DNA from: Candidatus Woesearchaeota archaeon
GTDB taxonomy: Archaea; Nanobdellota; Nanobdellia; Woesearchaeales; GW2011-AR15
Direction: 5' to 3'
DNA: 58,334 nt
Assembly: GCA_038874655.1 (NCBI GenBank)
Contig: JAVZBY010000005.1
Span: 6,430-64,763 of the forward strand
Positions 18,088 to 27,128 of this stretch are shown here, piece after piece. Every line of letters starts with the position of its first letter. The stretch's first letter is position 1. The notes under the pieces were generated by a model. The model saw only the letters and a program-made list of their open reading frames with translations, made no database searches and was not told the origin of the DNA. The translations under genes were made by a program, and so were the position numbers.

Positions 18088-18303
18088 ATGGAAAATCCAA
18101 TAACCTTTCCTTTTATGATATTTGCTGGAATAATTGTTTTTATGTTTGTTTTTTTAGAGACGTATAGACATTTTCCTAAAATGGAAAAACAAAAAAGAAT
18201 TGAATATTCATTAAGTATAGCAATAATAATGGCTTTGGCAATAATGGCTATCTTATATTTTGCTTTAAATTATTTTATGGCGATTATATTAAATAGCAAA
18301 TAA
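18088..18303 (+). CDS. 71-aa two-TM membrane protein, first gene after fluoride riboswitch
   Basis: Two hydrophobic helices flanking ETYRHFPKMEKQKR. Confidence 0.75.
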   Translation: MENPITFPFMIFAGIIVFMFVFLETYRHFPKMEKQKRIEYSLSIAIIMALAIMAILYFALNYFMAIILNSK

Positions 18304-18346
18304 AAAAATTTCAATATTAATAATAAAATATACATAATCAAAAAAA

Positions 18347-18775
18347 ATGAATAAAAAAGCAAAACAAAAAAATGATCTTGAAAGAGAGTATTTATTAGAT
18401 TTTTTAATGAAAAGCAATAGCCTAAAAGAATTGTTAGAAATTTTGTCAAATATATGCAAAAATTTAGATTTAAGTTATTTAAATCCTAAGTTAAAGCATT
18501 TTAGATATTTTCAGTTTACTTTTTTCGGCTTAATGGCAAAATCAAAAACCTTGATTGAGCTTATGATATATAGAGCAGATTTTTTAAAAAATAAAATAGA
18601 TGAATTTAACGAAATTTATTTTGAATTAATAAAATTAAAAGATGAGATAGAGAATGCATTTGCATTAATTAAAAAAAATAAAATGATTGAAGGAAAAAAT
18701 AAAATTGTTGAATTGAATAAAAAATATAGTCTATTATTTGAAAATATAAGTCTTAAAATTAAGATTTTAATTTAA
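18347..18775 (+). CDS. Hypothetical helical protein
   Basis: 142-aa ORF co-oriented with neighbours, short gaps; no motif recognised. Confidence 0.6.
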   Translation: MNKKAKQKNDLEREYLLDFLMKSNSLKELLEILSNICKNLDLSYLNPKLKHFRYFQFTFFGLMAKSKTLIELMIYRADFLKNKIDEFNEIYFELIKLKDEIENAFALIKKNKMIEGKNKIVELNKKYSLLFENISLKIKILI

Positions 18776-18797
18776 ATTAATTAAAAAATTTAGAAAA

Positions 18798-20000
18798 ATG
18801 GCTAAAAAAAAAGGATGGCTTAATAGAAATGTGTTTTTGTTTGGATTAGCTAGTTTATTTAGTGATATGAGCCATGAAATGGCTACAGCTATATTGCCAA
18901 TTTTTTTATCAGTTGAATTAAAAAGCGCTGCTGCAATTCTTGGTATAATTGAAGGAATATCTGATTTTTCTTCCAGTTTCATAAAAACTTTTGCAGGCTG
19001 GTTTAGTGATAAGTTAGGAAAAAGAAAGCCTTTTGTTATTATTGGCTATATTATGACTGGTTTCTTTATTCCCTTGATAGGATTTGCAACACATTGGGTT
19101 CATGTTTTAATTGCAAGAACATTTGGCTGGATAGGAAAAGGTATGAGAAGCCCTGCAAGAGATGCTTTATTAACTGAGTCTGTTGATAAAGAAACAAGAA
19201 GTAAGTCATTTGGTTTTGAAAGAATGATGGACATGTTAGGCGCAATTTTAGGCCCTGGAATTGCTTTTCTTATGCTGACATTAATAGGAATAAGAAATGT
19301 TTTTTTCCTTTCTTTTATTCCTGGTTTGTTTTCAATTTTTTCAGTAGTCTTCGTAAAAGAGAAATATATTAAAAAAAATAATAAAATTGATTTTTTGAAA
19401 ACTTTAAAAAATATGCCAGTTGAGTTTAAAAAATTTTTAATTGCTGCTTTTGTTTTTGGAATTGGAAATTTTGCAAACACTTTTTTAGTTTTAAGAGTCA
19501 TGGAAGCATTAAAACCTAATCTTGGAATTATAGTTGCTGGCAGCATTTCAACAGGACTTTATGTTTTTCTAAATTTCGGAGCTGCAATTTTTGCTTATGT
19601 GTTTGGAAATTTAGGTGATATCCTTGATAAAAAATTATTATTAGGATTAGGTTATTTAATATTTGCAATTTATTGCTTAGGATTTGTTTTTTTACCATCT
19701 ACATTAATTAGTTTTTTAATATTATTTTTGTTAGCAGGAGTAGAAACAGGGCTTATAGATGTAATGGAAAGAGCTTATGCTGCAGATTTATTAACAAAAA
19801 ATATAAGAGGAACTGGTTTTGGATTATTAAATACAATAAATGGAATAGGTGATTTTGTATCAAGTATAATTGCTGGATTTTTATGGACACTATTATCTTA
19901 TAAAGGTTCATTTATTTATGGAGCAATCTTTTCTATTTTAGCAACAATAATTTTATTTTTAAATAAAAAAAATTCTGTAAAAGGAATGAAAAATGTCTAA
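18798..20000 (+). CDS. MFS transporter
   Basis: About 12 TM; motif A GWFSDKLGKRK; GLASLFSDMSHEM; second-half GNLGDILDKK. Confidence 0.95.
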   Translation: MAKKKGWLNRNVFLFGLASLFSDMSHEMATAILPIFLSVELKSAAAILGIIEGISDFSSSFIKTFAGWFSDKLGKRKPFVIIGYIMTGFFIPLIGFATHWVHVLIARTFGWIGKGMRSPARDALLTESVDKETRSKSFGFERMMDMLGAILGPGIAFLMLTLIGIRNVFFLSFIPGLFSIFSVVFVKEKYIKKNNKIDFLKTLKNMPVEFKKFLIAAFVFGIGNFANTFLVLRVMEALKPNLGIIVAGSISTGLYVFLNFGAAIFAYVFGNLGDILDKKLLLGLGYLIFAIYCLGFVFLPSTLISFLILFLLAGVETGLIDVMERAYAADLLTKNIRGTGFGLLNTINGIGDFVSSIIAGFLWTLLSYKGSFIYGAIFSILATIILFLNKKNSVKGMKNV

Positions 20001-21042
20001 GAGATATTCTCAAGATATAACATTTGATTTAGTAAAAAAGAATGAAAAAAGCATTTATTTAGGCAAGATAGCAGAATCTGGAATTTTTAAAGAAAAAGAT
20101 TTTTATTTTAATATTGATGAATTTACAAAACATGCATTTATTGCTGGTTCAACTGGTGGTGGAAAAACAATTACAGCACAAATTATTGCAGAAGAAGCTT
20201 TTTCAAAAGGCATTTCCATTTTAGTTATTGACCCTACAGCACAATGGACAGGATTTATAAAAAAATTAGATGATAATATGTTATTTAAAAGATACAGATA
20301 TTTTGATATGAAAAAAGAAAAGGCTAAAAGTTATCCAACAAATATAATAAAATTAAAAAAAGATTCTAAATTTTGTGAAAATAATTTTTTTGAAGAAAAT
20401 TCAATAAATGTTCTTATAGCTAATGACTTAACAGAAAAAGAGATAGATGAAAAAATAACAGAATTAATCGATTTGTTTTTTAAAAAAACACCTGAAGAAA
20501 GCCAAGAGCTTAAATTGTTATTGTTTTTTGAAGAAGTTCATAGAATTTTGCCTAAGTATGGTGGCTCTGGAAACGGTTTGATTGCTTTAGAGAGAGCTGT
20601 TAGGGAGTTTAGAAAATGGGGTATTGGAATTATTTTAATTAGCCAGATTTTAGAAGATTTTGTTGGTGAAATTAGAGCAAATATTGGAACAGAATTCCAG
20701 CATAGAACTGTGTATGAAGTTGATCTTGAAAAGATTAAATTAAAATATGGTGATGAAATTGTAAAAGCTGTTGTTAGATTAGAAACAGGAACCTTAATGT
20801 TTCATAATTCTAGTTTAAATATTGGAAAACCATTGTTTATTAAAATTAAACCTCCATTGCATAATGTCAATAGGTTAAATGATACTGAATTAAAGGAATA
20901 TCTTAAGATTAAAGAGATTATTATGATGATTGAAAAATCTGAAAAATTAAAAAATTTTGAAAAATTAAAACTTGCTAAAAATGAACTTATAAAAGGTAAT
21001 TTTCAGATTGCTGAAAAATATTTAAAAGAATTGAATATCTAA
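19993..21042 (+). CDS. HerA/FtsK-superfamily (DUF87-like) ATPase
   Basis: HAFIAGSTGGGKT (Walker A), VIDP, LLFFEEVH (Walker B), REFRKWGIGIILISQ; overlaps MFS by 8 nt. Confidence 0.88.
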   Translation: MSKRYSQDITFDLVKKNEKSIYLGKIAESGIFKEKDFYFNIDEFTKHAFIAGSTGGGKTITAQIIAEEAFSKGISILVIDPTAQWTGFIKKLDDNMLFKRYRYFDMKKEKAKSYPTNIIKLKKDSKFCENNFFEENSINVLIANDLTEKEIDEKITELIDLFFKKTPEESQELKLLLFFEEVHRILPKYGGSGNGLIALERAVREFRKWGIGIILISQILEDFVGEIRANIGTEFQHRTVYEVDLEKIKLKYGDEIVKAVVRLETGTLMFHNSSLNIGKPLFIKIKPPLHNVNRLNDTELKEYLKIKEIIMMIEKSEKLKNFEKLKLAKNELIKGNFQIAEKYLKELNI

Positions 21043-21044
21043 AA

Positions 21045-21332
21045 ATGATATTAGAAAGTGAAAAGATAAAAAATTTTATATTAAGCAATAAACAAAAAGA
21101 TGGCGGCTTTAGTTTCACAAAAGAAAGCTCTCCTTGTTTTATAGAACAAATATATTTAGCAAGTGAAGCACTATGTGAATTAAAATCCAAACCAAAAGAT
21201 ATTAATAATTATGTAAAATTAATCCAATCTTTTAAAGCTAATAATGATGCTATGAAAGACAAATTTCTACTGTTCCAACTTTGGAATCAACCTATTGCTG
21301 TTTTTTGTTTGATTAGATTAAGTCAAAAATAG
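21045..21332 (+). pseudogene. Prenyltransferase/squalene-cyclase-repeat gene fragment, probably frameshifted
   Basis: FILSNKQKDGGFS repeat; second repeat continues in another frame from 21251 (YERQISTVPTLESTYCC). Confidence 0.6.
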
Positions 21333-21371
21333 GATAAGAAATTTTTTAGTATTAATTAAATAATATAAAAA

Positions 21372-23921
21372 TTACATATAACCATATTTTTTAACAAACC
21401 ATTTTTTAACAAATTGAACTATAATTAAATAAGATGAAACTATTAAAAATAATGCAATAAAATAAGTTGGTGGAGGAATAACAAATCCAAAATATTTATC
21501 TAAAGGTGAAAAAGGAATGATTAATGCTGAACAAATTATTATTAAGGAAGTTAAAATTAAAAATTTGCTTGGCTTGCTTTCAATAAAAGGGATTTTTTCT
21601 GTTCTTATAACATGGATTACCAACGTTTGAGTTATTATGGACTCCCAAAACCAACCTGTATGAAAAATTTCCTCCGGTGCTTGAAATATAAATAATAAAA
21701 CACCAAAGGTTATAAAATCAAATACTGAACTTATTGGGCCAAATACTAACATAAATCTTTTTATTCCATTGATATCCCAAGGTCTTGATTTTTTTAAATA
21801 TTCCTCATCAACATTATCAGTTGGGATTGCTACTTGTGATAAGTCATATAAAAAATTGTTTAATAATATCTGCAAAGGAGCCATTGGTAAAAATGGTAAA
21901 AATAAAGAAGCGCCTGTTAAACTGAACATGTTGCCAAAATTTGAACTAGATCCCATTTTTATGTATTTTATAATATTTCCAAAGGTTTTTCTACCTTCTT
22001 TGACGCCATCTGCTAAAACTCTTAAACTTTTTTTTAATAAAATTATATCTGCAGATTCTTTTGCAATATCAGCTGCATTATTTACAGAAATGCCTACATC
22101 TGCTGCTTTTAAAGAGGGTGCATCATTAATACCATCACCTAAATAACCGACAACATGATCTTGTTTCAAAAGTTTAATAATCCTTTGTTTTTGAATTGGA
22201 TTTAATCTTGCATAAACATTTACATTTTTTGCTAAATTCTTTAAATCATCATCACTTAAACCGTCTATTTGTTCACCTGTTAAAATCAATTCAGTGTTAA
22301 TACCAACATCAGAACAAATTTTTTTTGAAACTAATTCATTGTCACCTGTTAAAACTATTATTCTTATGCCCAATTCTTGTAAATCTTTTATTGTTTTTTT
22401 TGCTGTTGGCTTTGGAGGATCTAAAAATGCTGTAAAACCTAATAAAATTAAATCGTCTTCATCTTCTTTTGAATAAGATTTTTGCGTTTTTTCAAAGTTT
22501 TTATATGCAATTGCTAATACTCTAAAACCTTGTTTACTTAATTCTAGATTTTGATTTACTATTTTTTCTTTTATTTTTTTGTCAATTTTTTTTATTTTTC
22601 CATTTAATTCGTATTTAGTACATTTAGGTAAAATTGATTCTGGAGCACCTTTAGAAATTAGTTTATGATTATTTTCCATATCTATAATAACAGACATAAT
22701 TCTTCTTGAAAAATCAAACGGAATCTCATCAACTTTCTCATAGTTTTGTACATGCAAAACTTGATGTTTTAATATTGCTTTATCTAACAAATTTCTTAAA
22801 CTTGTTTGATAATAACTATTTATATAAGCTAATTTTAGAACATCTTCATTTTCTTTTCCTTCAATATCAATATGTTTTTCTAGAATTACTTCTCCAAGAG
22901 TGATTGTGCCTGTTTTGTCTGTGCAAAGTATATCCATAGCACCTAAGTTTTGTATGGCATTTAATCTTTTTACAATAACTTGTTTTTTTGACATAGAGAT
23001 TGCGCCTTTACTTAAATTTACAGTTACTAACATTGGCAACATCTCTGGTGTTAAACCTACTGCAACTGCTAATGAAAATAATAATGCTTCTAAGATGTGC
23101 CTTTTTATTAATGCATTAATTAAAAATATTACTAAAACAAGAATAATTGTAAATTTAATCATTAACCACATGTAAGATTTTATGCCTTTTTCAAAACTAG
23201 ATTCATATTCACCAGCTTCCGAAATCTGTTTTGAGAGTTCCCCAAATTTTGTATATGACCCTGTTTTTATTACTATTCCTGTAGCTGAGCCAGAATCTAC
23301 AGATGTACCCATAAACGCAATGTTTTTCAGCTCTTCTATAGTATCGTTTTTTGGATCAATTGAATCAGAAATTTTTTCAACAGGAAAACTTTCACCTGTT
23401 AAAACAGCTCTATTAATAAAAAAATCTTTTGTTGTTATCAATCTAATATCTGCTGGAATTATATCCCCTGATGAAAGAAAAACAATGTCTCCTGGAACTA
23501 ATTCTTTTATAGGAATTTCTTTTTTTTCTTTGTTTCTATAGACTGTTGCAGTGGATTTAACCAGTTCTATTAATTTTTCTGCTTCTTTTCCTGATTTAAC
23601 TTCCTGTATAAAATCTAAAATAACACTAACTAAAATCATAATTGAAACCATTACTGAGCTAATTACATTTTCAAAAAAATAACTAATAATTGCAATAATC
23701 AATAAAATTAAAATTAAAGGATTTAGAAATTTTAAAAAAAATTTTATTATTAGATTGTGTTTTTTTGGTTTTTCAGGTTGATTATAGCCAAAAAAAGATA
23801 ATCTTTTTTTTGCTTCTTTTTCACTTAAACCTAAGGATTCTGTTTCATATTCTTTAAATAATGTGGAAACATTAGATTTAGCAATTTCTATATAAGATTT
23901 TTTTAAAATATTTTTATCCAC
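21372..23921 (-). CDS. mgtA: Magnesium-translocating P-type ATPase (P3B)
   Basis: VGLTPEMLP, DKTGT, GDGINDAPSL, SSNFGNMFS, NNFLYD; GTG start. Confidence 0.93.
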   Translation of the reverse strand: MDKNILKKSYIEIAKSNVSTLFKEYETESLGLSEKEAKKRLSFFGYNQPEKPKKHNLIIKFFLKFLNPLILILLIIAIISYFFENVISSVMVSIMILVSVILDFIQEVKSGKEAEKLIELVKSTATVYRNKEKKEIPIKELVPGDIVFLSSGDIIPADIRLITTKDFFINRAVLTGESFPVEKISDSIDPKNDTIEELKNIAFMGTSVDSGSATGIVIKTGSYTKFGELSKQISEAGEYESSFEKGIKSYMWLMIKFTIILVLVIFLINALIKRHILEALLFSLAVAVGLTPEMLPMLVTVNLSKGAISMSKKQVIVKRLNAIQNLGAMDILCTDKTGTITLGEVILEKHIDIEGKENEDVLKLAYINSYYQTSLRNLLDKAILKHQVLHVQNYEKVDEIPFDFSRRIMSVIIDMENNHKLISKGAPESILPKCTKYELNGKIKKIDKKIKEKIVNQNLELSKQGFRVLAIAYKNFEKTQKSYSKEDEDDLILLGFTAFLDPPKPTAKKTIKDLQELGIRIIVLTGDNELVSKKICSDVGINTELILTGEQIDGLSDDDLKNLAKNVNVYARLNPIQKQRIIKLLKQDHVVGYLGDGINDAPSLKAADVGISVNNAADIAKESADIILLKKSLRVLADGVKEGRKTFGNIIKYIKMGSSSNFGNMFSLTGASLFLPFLPMAPLQILLNNFLYDLSQVAIPTDNVDEEYLKKSRPWDINGIKRFMLVFGPISSVFDFITFGVLLFIFQAPEEIFHTGWFWESIITQTLVIHVIRTEKIPFIESKPSKFLILTSLIIICSALIIPFSPLDKYFGFVIPPPTYFIALFLIVSSYLIIVQFVKKWFVKKYGYM

Positions 23922-24010
23922 CTAAATATAAAAAGTAAGGTAGTTTAAATTTATTACTAAAAAATTTAATTAAAAAAGTTATAACATAAATTTATAAATA
24001 AAAATTAGTA

Positions 24011-24505
24011 TTAGTTTGTGCTAATTTCTGTTTTTTCGTTGTTTTGTGTTGTTTGCTCCTTTAATTGATTTTTCATTCTTTGGAATCTTTTTCCTTTCCT
24101 TTGCCTAAAACCAAAACTTAATGGCTTTAAAATATCAGATGTTTGTTCTTGACAATTTCCTAACCCTCTTCCGGTTTTAGGGCCTCTACCTAATGGACCT
24201 GTTCCATCTTTGTTTGGCATTTTATAATTACCTCCTTCAATTTTTATGGCTTTTCCATTTACAATAGCATCAGCAACTTTTTTTCTTGCTTCATTTAAAA
24301 TTCTGCTAAATGTTGGTTGTGAGATATTCATTTTTTCTGATGCTTTAATTTGTTCTAATTCTTCATAATCTATTAGTCTAATTGCTTCTAGTTCTTCTAA
24401 ATTTAAATTTACTACAGCTAATTGATTTATTGATATTCCTTTAGGTTTGAAATAATTACATTTTGCTTCATTCCAAATATATCTAAACCTTTTCGGTCTA
24501 ACCAT
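24011..24505 (-). CDS. DUF134 HTH regulator fused to DUF5320-like Gly-rich tail
   Basis: MVRPKR...YFKPKG...EELEAIRLIDYE...SQPTFSRIL..AR.K.ADA..NGKAIKIEGG, then MPNKDGTGPLGRGPKTGRGLGNC. Confidence 0.9.
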   Translation of the reverse strand: MVRPKRFRYIWNEAKCNYFKPKGISINQLAVVNLNLEELEAIRLIDYEELEQIKASEKMNISQPTFSRILNEARKKVADAIVNGKAIKIEGGNYKMPNKDGTGPLGRGPKTGRGLGNCQEQTSDILKPLSFGFRQRKGKRFQRMKNQLKEQTTQNNEKTEISTN

Positions 24506-24524
24506 TATGAATATGTATTCATAA
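24505..24524. promoter_or_regulatory. Perfect inverted repeat, probable DUF134 operator
   Basis: TTATGAATA-TG-TATTCATAA between a TTTATAAA TATA-like box (~24529-24536, - strand) and the start codon. Confidence 0.7.
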
Positions 24525-24605
24525 CTTATTTATAAATTTATCTTTTTACACAATAAATAAAAAACAAAAAAAGAATTTATAAACTAAAAATATTTTTTTA
24601 ATAAT

Positions 24606-25061
24606 ATGAAAATTAAAAAAACAAGATTTATATATGCTGTTTTTGAAAGTAATATTTGTAAGATTGTATTTTTAATAAGTTTGTTGATAGGATATTTTTT
24701 AACCCCTAAAAGAATATTCTATGGTGTTTATACATTATTGGGCATATTTTATATTATTTTGTTTGCAATGGTTATGACATGTATGGTTAGAGTTATAAAA
24801 GAAAAAGTCATTAATTTAAAACATACTGGAGCAAGTTTTTTTTCAATAATATTGTCTTTATTTGGTTTTGGCGCTCTTAATATGTGCGGAATAGGTGCTC
24901 CTGTATGTACTGCTGGGATTTCTATTGGTGTTGCATCATTATTTCCTGGATTTTTTCATGATTTTTTTCATAATTATGGTATTTTAGTGTTAGTGATTAG
25001 CATAATACTACAAATAATCGCTTTATTGTATATGGGCTGTTTTAAAAAATGTTTATGCTAA
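24606..25061 (+). CDS. Hypothetical 4-TM membrane protein with Cys motifs
   Basis: Hydrophobic helices; MTCMVR, NMCGIGAPVC, C-terminal CFKKCLC. Confidence 0.75.
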   Translation: MKIKKTRFIYAVFESNICKIVFLISLLIGYFLTPKRIFYGVYTLLGIFYIILFAMVMTCMVRVIKEKVINLKHTGASFFSIILSLFGFGALNMCGIGAPVCTAGISIGVASLFPGFFHDFFHNYGILVLVISIILQIIALLYMGCFKKCLC

Positions 25062-25115
25062 AAAATTGAATATATATTTAAAGATAAACTTATTACTTAA
25101 AGTAAGGTGATTAAT

Positions 25116-25604
25116 ATGGGTACAACAGCGCCAAAAATTATAAAAATTGATTCAAAAGAGTTAATCGAAATGCTTAATAAAGCATTGGCAGATGAATGGC
25201 TTGCTTATTATCAATATTGGGTTGGATCAAAAATTGTTAAAGGACCAATGAGACCAAATGTTGAAGAAGAATTAATTGAGCACGCTAAAGAAGAGTTTGA
25301 ACATGCAAATATGTTAGCTAATAGGATTATTCAATTAGGAGGAAAACCTATTTTAAATCCTGATGAATGGAAAAAAATGTCTACTTGTGGTTATGATGAA
25401 CCAACAAATGAACATGTTAAAGAGATTTTAAAACAAAATATTAGAGGAGAAAGGTGTGCTATTGGTGTTTATCATAAAATGTTAGAAAAGATAAAATTAG
25501 GTGATGATCCAATAACATTTAATATGATTAGAAAAATTATGGAAGATGAAGTAAAGCATGAAGAGGATTTAGAGAATCTATTAGAAGATATTAATATGAT
25601 TTAA
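25116..25604 (+). CDS. DPS-like (DpsL/thioferritin) ferritin-superfamily protein
   Basis: LNKALADEWLAYYQYW, EEFEHA, EVKHEEDL ferroxidase ligands; Cys pair STCGY/ERCAI; AGGTGA SD before ATG 25116. Confidence 0.9.
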   Translation: MGTTAPKIIKIDSKELIEMLNKALADEWLAYYQYWVGSKIVKGPMRPNVEEELIEHAKEEFEHANMLANRIIQLGGKPILNPDEWKKMSTCGYDEPTNEHVKEILKQNIRGERCAIGVYHKMLEKIKLGDDPITFNMIRKIMEDEVKHEEDLENLLEDINMI

Positions 25605-25636
25605 TTTAAAAAAAATAGTTTTTAAAAAAAATAGTT
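25605..25636. repeat. Perfect 16-bp tandem duplication
   Basis: TTTAAAAAAAATAGTT twice, immediately after the dpsL-like stop codon. Confidence 0.75.
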
Positions 25637-25662
25637 ATAAATTAAAGATAAAATTAACAAGT

Positions 25663-25929
25663 TTATTCGAATTTTAAAATTTTATTTTTATTTTTTAATC
25701 CATAAATTATTTTAACTTTTTTTCCAGATAATTTTGAAAAAAATTTAATTATTTCAATGTTTGCTTCATTATTTTCTGGAGAAGCTTTTATTGAAACTCT
25801 TAATGCTTTTTTATTTTGATCATATCCAATAATTTCATTTTTTTTGCTATTTGGTTTTACAATTATAGATAAATGATCATTGCTAATGTAATCATTCAGG
25901 TTATATATATTATGATCCATTTTAATCAA
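25663..25929 (-). CDS. DUF167/YggU (UPF0235) protein
   Basis: VKPNSKKNEI...IKASPENNEANIEIIKFFSK...G.KNKNK. Confidence 0.9.
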   Translation of the reverse strand: MIKMDHNIYNLNDYISNDHLSIIVKPNSKKNEIIGYDQNKKALRVSIKASPENNEANIEIIKFFSKLSGKKVKIIYGLKNKNKILKFE

Positions 25930-25940
25930 AAATTATTATT

Positions 25941-26759
25941 TTAAAAAAGATTTTTTATTTTATTAAAACCAAATCTAATGTATTCACCATATTTTCCAAA
26001 ATCTGTTTCTGTGCCAATAACAAAATTTTTTTTGTTTTTTATTGAATCTAAAAATTCTTTTAGGTTTTTTGCCTTTGCACAAGTAATTGTTTTTCCTAAT
26101 GAATAAATTGAATGACCATCACTTCCACTAGTAAAACCTTTTTTATTTTTTCTTGCTAAGTTTATTGCTTTTATATTATCCTCTCTATTATTACCACCAT
26201 TTATAACTTCTATGTTTGGGAATTTCAAAAGTATTTCTCTAAATTCATTGAATAGATTTTTTTTTGCTCTTAAGTTATAACCATATGGGTGAGCTACACT
26301 TGTGATACATTTATAGTTGTCTTTAAGTTTTAAAAGTTTAACTAAGTTTATTTTTGTTTTTGTACTATGAAAATAGTTTATTCTGTTTTTTATTATTTCT
26401 TGTTCAAAAAATTTTTTTAATTCTGATATATTATAAAAATAAAATAATATATCTATGTTTTCTTGACTTTTTACTTCAATTCCAGGAACCAAAAAAAGAT
26501 TATTTTTTTCTATAACTTTATTTAATTCAAAAACGCCTTTTATTTCATTATGATCTGTTAAAGAAATTCCTATTTTGAGATCTTTTAATTTTTTAACTAT
26601 TTCATTAATAGTTGCTGCACCATCTGAAAAAGTTGAATGATAATGCATATCAACACAAACATAACCTTGATTAATCAATTTAGTATAATTAGGTTTTTCA
26701 AATATTATTTTTTTTTTATAAAATGCATCTGACATTTTTTTTATTTGTAATCTCTCCAA
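25941..26759 (-). CDS. PHP-domain phosphoesterase
   Basis: DMHYHSTFSDG, LTDHN, PGIEV, VAHPY, GSDGH. Confidence 0.9.
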   Translation of the reverse strand: MERLQIKKMSDAFYKKKIIFEKPNYTKLINQGYVCVDMHYHSTFSDGAATINEIVKKLKDLKIGISLTDHNEIKGVFELNKVIEKNNLFLVPGIEVKSQENIDILFYFYNISELKKFFEQEIIKNRINYFHSTKTKINLVKLLKLKDNYKCITSVAHPYGYNLRAKKNLFNEFREILLKFPNIEVINGGNNREDNIKAINLARKNKKGFTSGSDGHSIYSLGKTITCAKAKNLKEFLDSIKNKKNFVIGTETDFGKYGEYIRFGFNKIKNLF

Positions 26760-27061
26760 ATATGCTTACATTTCGTGCATTTTAAAAATTTTGTAGCAGG
26801 TTCATCACTAGCTCTTGTTTGTACTTCCCAAAAAAATGCTTCATTATTTCCGCATTTTGGGCATTCTTCTTTTATTATAGGATGTATCTCAATTTCTTTT
26901 TCTATAGTTGAAATTTCTTTTTTTTCTTTAATTTTTTCTTTAACATTTAAAGTATCTTTATTTGTGTTTTCACTATAACCACATGCACATTTAAAAAATA
27001 TAGTATTATTATCTTTTTTGGGTAATAGGATTGAACCACATTTTGGGCAAAATTTTATCAT
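26741..27061 (-). CDS. tfs: Transcription factor S (TFIIS/RpoM-like)
   Basis: FCPKCGSIL...CACGY; CPKCG...QTRASDEPAT.F.KCTKC with acidic DE hairpin; start 27061 or GTG 27070. Confidence 0.95.
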   Translation of the reverse strand: MIKFCPKCGSILLPKKDNNTIFFKCACGYSENTNKDTLNVKEKIKEKKEISTIEKEIEIHPIIKEECPKCGNNEAFFWEVQTRASDEPATKFLKCTKCKHIWRDYK

Positions 27062-27128
27062 TTTTATCACATTTTTTAAAAAAATATATAATAATTGTTA
27101 ATATATTTAGGATTTTTAGTTGCCTTAT

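Noticed and set aside
19993-21042. HerA-like ATPase as part of a HerA-NurA repair operon or Sir2-HerA defence system
   Set aside because: No NurA, Mre11, Rad50, Sir2 or nuclease neighbour, and no HAS barrel.
23922-24010. Mg2+-sensing leader (M-box or mgtL-like) upstream of mgtA
   Set aside because: Spacer is under 90 nt, nearly all A/T, with no structure or Pro-rich leader ORF.
25605-25636. 16-bp tandem repeat as a target-site duplication or CRISPR remnant
   Set aside because: Copies are adjacent with no spacer, low complexity and no mobile gene; slippage is simpler.
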